Source: a virus (taxonomy: Duplodnaviria; Caudoviricetes). Taken from it: DNA of 62,227 nt. The translations under genes were made by a program, and so were the position numbers. The stretch covers positions 1 through 62,227 of IMG/VR virus record IMGVR_UViG_3300011115_000168, one strand, 5' to 3'. The first letter of the stretch is position 1. The number at the start of each line of letters is the position of its first letter. Shown here piece after piece: positions 1 to 6,159 of the stretch. The notes beneath the pieces are model-generated. The model worked only from the letters and a program-made list of their open reading frames with translations, had not been told where the DNA came from and ran no database searches.

Positions 1-127
1 TTCATCGCACTTGCGGCAATGGGGTTTGTGGTCAGTCATCATTGTTCTCCTTTGGGCGAACACCCGCCCAAGCGTTTGCTGTTTGCTGCGCCATCTCGCG
101 CAAGGTGTCATACTGCTTCCATGCCGC
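1..127. repeat. Terminal direct repeat, copy 1 (circular assembly overlap)
   Basis: Identical to 62101-62227; cuts through ORFs, and 127 is a typical assembler k-mer length. Confidence 0.95.
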
Positions 128-211
128 ACAGATAGGGCATCCCCACTCATAGTCGGGGCAACGCCCGCCCCAATAAAACTCAGTAGCTTCTTCAATTAGA
201 TTACTCACCAT
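32..211 (-). CDS. Small early hypothetical protein (Cys-containing)
   Basis: GAGGAG RBS before ATG at 211; MVSNLIEE...CPDYEWGCPIC. Confidence 0.6.
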   Translation of the reverse strand: MVSNLIEEATEFYWGGRCPDYEWGCPICAAWKQYDTLREMAQQTANAWAGVRPKENNDD

Positions 212-377
212 GCTTGTTCTCCTCGTGGTCTTCCACACATATCAGGGCAACGATGCCGAACAGAAACCCGCCATTGAAAAGAGACGCATAGCCGAGCCAG
301 CCCTCTATGCCAAGGCCAAAGCCGACACACATACTCCCGAGCAGGGTCAGTCCTGCAACTAGTAATGCACTCATCAT
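201..377 (-). CDS. Small membrane protein (not in ORF track)
   Basis: GGAG RBS; MMSALLVAGLTLLGSMCVGFGLGIEGWLGYASLFNGGFLFGIVALICVEDHEENKHGE has two hydrophobic stretches and overlaps its neighbours. Confidence 0.6.
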   Translation of the reverse strand: MMSALLVAGLTLLGSMCVGFGLGIEGWLGYASLFNGGFLFGIVALICVEDHEENKHGE

Positions 378-547
378 TCGTTCTCCTCAGGTTCCAGTGG
401 TTTAACTGCTGTGTAGATGTCGATGTACCTACCCCAATCCACCACAGCAATGTCCGTGATGGCGTAGCGGATGTCTTGGTCAGCGATGCATACCTCTGTG
501 TTGGGGTTGTAGCCCTCAAGCATCTGTAGTAGTTCGCCTAGCTTCAT
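374..547 (-). CDS. Small hypothetical protein (not in ORF track)
   Basis: MKLGELLQMLEGYNPNTEVCIAD...; ATGA-coupled to flanking ORFs. Confidence 0.65.
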   Translation of the reverse strand: MKLGELLQMLEGYNPNTEVCIADQDIRYAITDIAVVDWGRYIDIYTAVKPLEPEENE

Positions 548-735
548 GGCAGGTTCCCCTTGGGGTATGTGTATGTGTAGGTGATCTCATACCCGAGCCC
601 CCTCACGCAGGTCAGAACGCGCTCAGTCAGAGTGGTCGTTCCTGCAATGGCGGCAAAGCGGAGGGCATCTTCGCAGACGGGGTACAGCACAGTGTTGCCG
701 TACTGCTGCCGTATCTCAACAGTTATGGTTCTCAT
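544..735 (-). CDS. Hypothetical early protein
   Basis: ORF with GGAG RBS, coupled to the next gene. Confidence 0.65.
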   Translation of the reverse strand: MRTITVEIRQQYGNTVLYPVCEDALRFAAIAGTTTLTERVLTCVRGLGYEITYTYTYPKGNLP

Positions 736-763
736 AATTAATCTCCAATGGATGGGTGGGGGG

Positions 764-985
764 TTAGGTAAGCAGTTGGACTTCGGTCACGGCAAAGAGG
801 TTGACTTCACCGTCCTCGTTGTGTGCGTCAGCTTGGTTGCACAGCCATGCCTCATAGTCGGCTTCGGCCTTGTCCATGTAGGCGTTGCAGGGTTTGCCGC
901 CCATTGTCATTACATAGATAGTCAAGGTCTCAGGTTGGTCGGCGTTGTCCAGTTGCTCAAGGTAGAGGTTCTTCATCTGTCCCAT
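764..985 (-). CDS. Hypothetical acidic early protein
   Basis: AGGAG RBS; lies within the early operon. Confidence 0.65.
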   Translation of the reverse strand: MGQMKNLYLEQLDNADQPETLTIYVMTMGGKPCNAYMDKAEADYEAWLCNQADAHNEDGEVNLFAVTEVQLLT

Positions 986-1005
986 GTCGTTCTCCTAAAA
1001 AATAA

Positions 1006-1347
1006 TTAGATGTTGTCGTAGCCAGTGCAGAAGGCCCAGAGTGCTTGCTCATTCTCTGGCTCATGGATGGTCAGCCCATCGAACTCATTGTCGATGTCGC
1101 CGAACTCATCAAAGTCGTAAGCCCGATCAAGGAACTCAAGATTCTGTGTGTGATAGGTGTCGATGCGGTACTCCGTCTTCATATAAGAGTCCACTGAGTC
1201 ATGGGAAACTCTATGGCTCGCGGTTGCACGATCATGCTTAGTTGCACGAACTGCACGATACTGCTTGCGGAGGTGGCGTGGCAGGGATGCGAGCCATGCG
1301 GTGGCATCGCGCTGTTGTTCGGCTGTTGCGGTCATAAACGATAGCAT
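1006..1347 (-). CDS. Hypothetical early protein
   Basis: AAGGAG RBS before ATG at 1347; first gene after the strong promoter. Confidence 0.65.
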   Translation of the reverse strand: MLSFMTATAEQQRDATAWLASLPRHLRKQYRAVRATKHDRATASHRVSHDSVDSYMKTEYRIDTYHTQNLEFLDRAYDFDEFGDIDNEFDGLTIHEPENEQALWAFCTGYDNI

Positions 1348-1374
1348 TGTGTTACTCCTTCGAGGTTTTGAAAT

Positions 1375-1396
1375 CCCACGCATCCGTGGGGAACTA
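1375..1396 (-). promoter_or_regulatory. CCACG-N4-CGTGG palindromic element, copy 1
   Basis: Recurs at 2057, 59214 and 61397. Confidence 0.6.
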
Positions 1397-1437
1397 ATTA
1401 ACGACTGACTCATTGTTCTTCTACGCCCTACGCCCCC

Positions 1438-1466
1438 ATTGTAGGCGATTTTGACTCTTATGTCAA
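1438..1466 (-). promoter_or_regulatory. Sigma70 promoter TTGACA-17-TACAAT with TTGAC-N6-GTCAA palindrome over the -35
   Basis: Near-consensus hexamers with a 17-bp spacer. Confidence 0.8.
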
Positions 1467-1511
1467 GGCTTTATTTACATTAGTTAGATAGTGGGGCAGG
1501 GCGTTGGGGCT

Positions 1512-1883
1512 TGTTCTATCTGTTCTACTTGTTCTATTTTCGTGACTTTACTTATAGAACAAGATTTTGTAGGTGGGGTGTTTGTAAGTTGTTGATTTTA
1601 TTCATAAAAAAATATTTTTTAGATAGATAGAGAGAGGTTTGTTCTAATGTTCTACGAATTTTGAGGTAGGACGGTCTTATTTTTGTGTTTTTTACGATTG
1701 GCCTTGCAGTTGCCGCAAAAGGGTCTTGCCGAGCATTTTCTTAAAAAACCAGACCCTATTTCTGAAAAATCGTAGAACATTAGAACAAATCCCGAATTCC
1801 CCTTTAGAATCAAGTACTTAGCTTGTTCTACTCGGTCAAAAAAAGTAGAACATTGCCTGTTTTGTAGAACAGAAAGTAGAACA
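1512..1883. repeat. Mirror-symmetric TGTTCTA box array with two IHF-consensus sites; candidate origin or packaging site
   Basis: Six forward and six reverse boxes; perfect 20-bp inverted repeat at 1638-1657/1770-1789; WATCAANNNNTTR at 1585-1597 (-) and 1808-1820 (+); non-coding and AT-rich. Confidence 0.75.
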
Positions 1884-1979
1884 AACCGCCTCGTTCTGTC
1901 GCGTACCGTTTGCTTAACTGACACTCACCAACTTTTCTCCTCCAATTGTTGCGATTTAGTTGGAATCTGCGAAAAATGC

Positions 1980-2026
1980 TTGACAAGCGGCGAAAAAAAA
2001 GTTAACATCACTGGATGTGATGTTAA
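1980..2026 (+). promoter_or_regulatory. Possible rightward promoter TTGACA-17-TAACAT overlapping a 10-bp inverted repeat (terminator-like on the - strand)
   Basis: TTAACATCAC-TGGAT-GTGATGTTAA at 2002-2026, flanked by A tracts. Confidence 0.5.
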
Positions 2027-2056
2027 AAAACGGAGACGGAGTAATGGCATCAGATT

Positions 2057-2077
2057 CCACGCATCCGTGGGACGCTA
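2057..2077 (-). promoter_or_regulatory. CCACG-N4-CGTGG palindromic element, copy 2
   Basis: CCACGCATCCGTGGG is identical to copy 1. Confidence 0.6.
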
Positions 2078-2144
2078 TTTAGTGGCTTGGTTGCGCTATG
2101 CGCGTTCTAACCCACGCCGACTCACACGCACACACGCGCGCCCT

Positions 2145-2162
2145 AAAATAACTGGTATCAAA
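2145..2162. repeat. 18-bp direct repeat AAAATAACTGGTATCAAA, copy 1
   Basis: Identical to 3002-3019. Confidence 0.85.
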
Positions 2163-2173
2163 TAGCAGGGCGC

Positions 2174-2209
2174 AAAAAAAACCCGCTAGGCCTTGCGACC
2201 TAGCGGGTT
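2174..2209 (-). terminator. Rho-independent terminator
   Basis: AACCCGCTAGG/CCTAGCGGGTT stem followed by a U tract on the - strand. Confidence 0.85.
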
Positions 2210-2216
2210 CGGCTAA

Positions 2217-2858
2217 TTACTTAGCGTTATATGCTTTCCAAAACGCATCTCGCGCCATTCTGAATTGCACGATGTTGGCGGTAGTGTCGCCTTTAGCGGC
2301 CTTCACCTTGACCGACCCTTCGAAGTAGTCCAGCGCCTTTTGCACTGACTGCACGAAGTCCATTGTGGTGCGGGTGCGGGCTGCACCGGACGGGGTAAGT
2401 AATTTCTTCGCGGCGCGTTTTAGGTCGCCCAGTCGGTTCGACGCATAGGTCATAGCCTTATCCCGAATTTCTTTAACCATGCGGTGTTTTTCCGGTTCGG
2501 CGCTATTCAGTTTCCCGAATTCCTGCGAAGTGAAAGCAAAAGCATAATCGATGCCTACTGCGATTTTCTCTACCGCCTTATTATCAATATGCTCAGGCGT
2601 GGCGCGGACATAATGCCCGTTGATAACCGCATATATTACCGGAGGGTTATTCTCCGAATAGCGTTTGTAGTAGCCCGCATACAATTCAGCTTTCGCCTCC
2701 GGTGAAATTTCTTCGGGGAAACCCGAAATTTTCTCTAACGCATACTGCGCGGTTTGCGTCAGAGAATCGCCAATTTTCGCTTGTTTATAGCCTAGGTCAG
2801 TCAGGCCGGAGAATGTCAGGGTTGCGCCTGACGGGGTAGTTGATACAGCTTTAGCCAT
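2217..2858 (-). CDS. Hypothetical early protein (213 aa) in a stand-alone cassette
   Basis: Long ORF with AGGA RBS and its own promoter and terminator. Confidence 0.8.
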   Translation of the reverse strand: MAKAVSTTPSGATLTFSGLTDLGYKQAKIGDSLTQTAQYALEKISGFPEEISPEAKAELYAGYYKRYSENNPPVIYAVINGHYVRATPEHIDNKAVEKIAVGIDYAFAFTSQEFGKLNSAEPEKHRMVKEIRDKAMTYASNRLGDLKRAAKKLLTPSGAARTRTTMDFVQSVQKALDYFEGSVKVKAAKGDTTANIVQFRMARDAFWKAYNAK

Positions 2859-2916
2859 GGTGAAGTTTCCTATAAAGGTTGATAAATCGTCAGCGCATAA
2901 TCACGCTGACAAATAC

Positions 2917-2945
2917 ATAATGACACAACGACCCCGTTAAGTAAA
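2917..2945 (-). promoter_or_regulatory. Promoter TTTACT-17-CATTAT
   Basis: Shares AAACTTTACTTA and TGnCATnnTGTATT with 3536-3564. Confidence 0.55.
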
Positions 2946-3001
2946 GTTTCACGGGGGAATGGAACGCTAAATAGCGCGCACGCACTTGGCACGCCCGACC
3001 A

Positions 3002-3019
3002 AAAATAACTGGTATCAAA
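3002..3019. repeat. 18-bp direct repeat, copy 2
   Basis: Identical to 2145-2162. Confidence 0.85.
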
Positions 3020-3033
3020 GGGGCCGAAGCCCC
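3017..3033 (-). terminator. GGGGC-UUCG-GCCCC hairpin/terminator
   Basis: cUUCGg tetraloop hairpin plus TTT immediately after the ORF stop. Confidence 0.6.
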
Positions 3034-3038
3034 GATGA

Positions 3039-3251
3039 TTATCTGTACATGGCGCTTGGCGACTCCCATCGGCTGAACTGCACATCATCCCACTTAGCGC
3101 AATGGGTTGCTCGCGCTACTTGCAATCGGGCTTCGTAGGCTAGAACGATGCGCGGGTTGCGGTAGTTGCTGACTGGGCGGCGCGCTTGCATAGCTTCGCG
3201 TCCGGCTTCTTTTACGCAGTATCTCCATAGATTGATTTGTCCTAGTGTCAT
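3039..3251 (-). CDS. Small basic early protein
   Basis: AGGAG RBS; Arg-rich. Confidence 0.65.
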   Translation of the reverse strand: MTLGQINLWRYCVKEAGREAMQARRPVSNYRNPRIVLAYEARLQVARATHCAKWDDVQFSRWESPSAMYR

Positions 3252-3271
3252 TTGATTGCTCCTAAAAGAAT

Positions 3272-3287
3272 GGGGGCCGAAGCCCCC
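3272..3287 (-). terminator. GGGGGC-UUCG-GCCCCC hairpin
   Basis: Same hairpin as 3020-3033, followed by ATTCTTTT. Confidence 0.55.
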
Positions 3288-3292
3288 GTTGA

Positions 3293-3487
3293 TTAATACA
3301 CTGCTTGGCGACCACCGAGCAGCTTGCCTCGCTTACCGTACATCACCGCGTAACGCGGCTTGTAGCATCGCAGCCACTCAAGGGCGTCTGCCTCATCACG
3401 TGCCCACCATGAGTGGGCGTATCCGCTGTTGCGGTCCATGGCTATCACCTCATAGTGGGTGAGCCACATCCAGATGGCTTTGAACAT
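3293..3487 (-). CDS. Small early protein
   Basis: AAGGAG RBS before ATG at 3487; first leftward gene. Confidence 0.65.
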   Translation of the reverse strand: MFKAIWMWLTHYEVIAMDRNSGYAHSWWARDEADALEWLRCYKPRYAVMYGKRGKLLGGRQAVY

Positions 3488-3535
3488 TGCTGTTCTCCTT
3501 GTGTCTGCCTTGCGGGATTGCTTGGCATTGAATAC

Positions 3536-3564
3536 ACTATGGCAGATTCCAGCGTATAAGTAAA
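3536..3564 (-). promoter_or_regulatory. Promoter TTTACT-17-CATAGT
   Basis: Paralogous to 2917-2945. Confidence 0.55.
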
Positions 3565-3585
3565 GTTTGGCCGGGGACCGGCACA

Positions 3586-3739
3586 CCCCCCACCCCCCAA
3601 GCGCCCAACGGGTCCCATCCCGTCCCCTATACACTTAGCAATAGACAAACGATTACTTCAATTCTCAAAACACCCCCCGTCACTAAATCCCACCCCCATG
3701 TAAAAAAATTTTTTACAAAAATCCCCCAAACTCGCCCCC
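3586..3739. other. C-run-rich divergence region (G-quadruplex potential on the - strand); candidate genome end or pac region
   Basis: Many C3-C6 runs plus A/T tracts at the strand switch upstream of terS. Confidence 0.45.
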
Positions 3740-3756
3740 GTGCTATATACTGATAC

Positions 3757-3863
3757 TTGTTGGTGTGGCAGTGCGTAATTGCACACGGGTTACCTTTCCT
3801 AACCGCCTAGTGGCGTACCCTTGCCGGATTACTTGTAATTGGGCGTGGCAGTCACACCAACAA
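3757..3863 (+). ncRNA. Candidate multi-stem structured RNA upstream of terS
   Basis: 13-bp closing stem 3757-3769/3851-3863 enclosing several hairpins; TATACT -10 at 3746-3751. Confidence 0.5.
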
Positions 3864-3882
3864 CTTATACGGAACGCCCGAC

Positions 3883-4455
3883 ATGACTGCATTGGTGCCT
3901 AACATTGAGGAGAACATTCCTCTACCAGACAACGCCAAGGACGCCTTTCCTGAGCTCACCCCTGCTCAGGAATTGGAGATGCGTGCCAACGTCGTTAAGC
4001 TCATGTCAGACTTAACAGGCGCAGTACTGTCACCCACAAGTGACAACATGGATCAAGCTAGGCAGTTAGCACGCGACATGATCACGGATTCCCAACACCG
4101 ACCCGACTTTGCCAAGTACCCCAACGAAACACTTGCCCTATTAGCGGGTATGGTGGCCCAGATGAACGTATCTATAGTGGAGGAGCTCTCCGACTTCAAG
4201 ATGTACGTGGTCAATAAGCTGGTGCAAGAGGTAGAAAACGCCCGAGACCCCAAGGTACGGCTCACTGCTATTGCTAAATTAGGTGAAGTTGATGGTGTAG
4301 ACGCCTTTAAGAAGCGCACAGAGATCACCCACAAGATACAGACCATCGAAGAGGTCGAAAAAGAGCTACTTGAGACTCTTGGGGCACTGGAAAACCGCGC
4401 AATCGACGTAGAAGCACGCGAAATTGTCCGCCTAGAGCAGCCAGTCGATGACTGA
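3883..4455 (+). CDS. Putative terminase small subunit
   Basis: 190 aa helical protein at the start of the late arm, just upstream of TerL. Confidence 0.6.
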   Translation: MTALVPNIEENIPLPDNAKDAFPELTPAQELEMRANVVKLMSDLTGAVLSPTSDNMDQARQLARDMITDSQHRPDFAKYPNETLALLAGMVAQMNVSIVEELSDFKMYVVNKLVQEVENARDPKVRLTAIAKLGEVDGVDAFKKRTEITHKIQTIEEVEKELLETLGALENRAIDVEAREIVRLEQPVDD

Positions 4456-4630
4456 AGTCCATAAATTTTCTGTTGTAGTAGGGAGCAACCAGTCTATTCT
4501 GGCAATGTCTGAAGAGATGTGTGCGCGGATTAAGGAAGTTGTGTACTCATATGGGGAAAAAGTGCCCTTGTCCGTTGCAATTGGAGTGCTGCACATAGCA
4601 GCTAAAGAGATTTTGGACGGGCAGGCATGA
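4448..4630 (+). CDS. Hypothetical protein
   Basis: Overlaps both neighbours (coupled). Confidence 0.55.
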   Translation: MTEVHKFSVVVGSNQSILAMSEEMCARIKEVVYSYGEKVPLSVAIGVLHIAAKEILDGQA

Positions 4631-6150
4631 CTGAAGCCATAAAACTGACCCAAGAGCAGCTATTTAAGCTGCGGCATGCACTGCCAACCATGCCTGAGAA
4701 ACAAAAAAGGCGTGTTCTTGAGCTTTTGAAGACCTATGACACCCAAATAACGCAGAATTTGGGCAGGGAGAGCTTTCTTGACTTCGTTAAACACGTCTAT
4801 CCGGGGTACAAAGTCGGCCCCCACCATCTTAAACTCGCTCAAATCTTTGAAGACATTGCCAACGGCAAGAAGAAGCGGGTTATCGTCAATATTGCCCCGC
4901 GCCATGGTAAATCTGAGCTAATTTCCTACCTTGCACCGGCATGGTTCTTGGGTAAATACCCCCAAAAGAAGATCATCATGTCGTCCCATACAGCCGATTT
5001 GGCTGTTAATTTTGGTCGGCGCGTGCGTAACTTGGTGGGTTCAGAGTCATACCGGGACATATTTCCGCAGATAGAACTGCAGGCTGACTCAAAGTCGGCC
5101 TCACGATGGGGGACAAACTTCAATGGCGAGTACTTTGCTATCGGTGTCGGCGGCGCTCTTGCTGGGCGCGGTGCTGATCTTTTCATTATTGACGATCCTC
5201 ATTCTGAGCAAGAAGCTAAAACTGGAAAGCCCGAAGTGTTTCTTCCTGCTTGGGAGTGGTTTCAGTCTGGCCCTCTCCAGCGCCTTATGCCGGGAGGCGC
5301 GATTGTGGTTGTTATGACCCGTTGGTCAAAGCTCGACTTGACTGGGCAGATCGTGTCCCAGATGAATAAGGAAGAGGGCGTTGACCGATGGGAAGTGGTT
5401 GAGTTTCCAGCAATCAAGGACGACGGAGAAGCACTGTGGCCTGAGTTTTGGCCCGTGGAAGAGTTGCTGGCTAAGAAAGCTGGGCTGGATGTGCGCTACT
5501 GGAACGCCCAGTACATGCAGAATCCTGTCTCAGAAGAGGGTGCTCTCATCAAGCGGGAGTGGTGGAAGATATGGGATAAGGAAGCCCCGCCCGTCTGCGA
5601 GTTCACTATTATGAGCTTGGATGCGGCACAGGAAGCCTCCAACCGCTCGGACTTCAACGCCCTGACCACTTGGGGGGTGTTTTTCAACGAAGAGACTAGC
5701 AACTTCGCCATCATCCTACTTAATTCAATTAAGAAACGTCTAGAGTATCCAGAGCTTAAGAAATTAGTTCTAGCTGAGTATAAGGAGTGGCAACCGGACG
5801 CCTTCATGGTAGAGAAGAAGTCCAACGGCTCTGCCCTGTACCAAGAATTTAGACGGATGGGTATCCCGGTTGGGGAGTTCACCCCCGGCAAAGGGCAGGA
5901 CAAGATTGCTCGGGTTAATGCGGTCAGCGACCTGTTTGCATCTGGGATAGTATGGGCCCCGGACCGCCGGTGGGCTAAGGATGTTATTGAGGAATGCAAC
6001 GACTTTCCTAGCGGTACTAACGATGACTTGGTAGACTCTACTACGCTGGCCCTATTGAGGTTTCGGCAAGGTGGGTTTTTACGTCTCCCTTCGGATGAGC
6101 CGGAGGATGACTTCCTGTACAAGTACCGCAAAAAAGCGGCGTACTATTAA
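4627..6150 (+). CDS. terL: Terminase large subunit
   Basis: Walker A APRHGKS, Walker B FIIDDP, MTRW coupling motif, C-terminal nuclease DDLVD. Confidence 0.95.
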   Translation: MTEAIKLTQEQLFKLRHALPTMPEKQKRRVLELLKTYDTQITQNLGRESFLDFVKHVYPGYKVGPHHLKLAQIFEDIANGKKKRVIVNIAPRHGKSELISYLAPAWFLGKYPQKKIIMSSHTADLAVNFGRRVRNLVGSESYRDIFPQIELQADSKSASRWGTNFNGEYFAIGVGGALAGRGADLFIIDDPHSEQEAKTGKPEVFLPAWEWFQSGPLQRLMPGGAIVVVMTRWSKLDLTGQIVSQMNKEEGVDRWEVVEFPAIKDDGEALWPEFWPVEELLAKKAGLDVRYWNAQYMQNPVSEEGALIKREWWKIWDKEAPPVCEFTIMSLDAAQEASNRSDFNALTTWGVFFNEETSNFAIILLNSIKKRLEYPELKKLVLAEYKEWQPDAFMVEKKSNGSALYQEFRRMGIPVGEFTPGKGQDKIARVNAVSDLFASGIVWAPDRRWAKDVIEECNDFPSGTNDDLVDSTTLALLRFRQGGFLRLPSDEPEDDFLYKYRKKAAYY

Positions 6151-6159
6151 GGACAGATA

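Noticed and set aside
1-127. 127-bp terminal repeat as a biological DTR
   Set aside because: It cuts through coding sequence and its length matches a common assembler k-mer, so it indicates circularity only
205-519. 104-aa ORF from the track
   Set aside because: Two shorter ORFs in other frames (201-377 and 374-547) have RBS or coupling and more protein-like sequence
1512-1883. TGTTCTA repeats as a CRISPR array
   Set aside because: Boxes are 7 bp, irregularly spaced and in both orientations; no cas operon
1652-1924. 90-aa ORF across the box array
   Set aside because: No RBS, and its sequence is dictated by the repeats
3757-3863. Cloverleaf-like element as a tRNA
   Set aside because: 13-bp closing stem, no TTC T-loop and no canonical anticodon arm geometry
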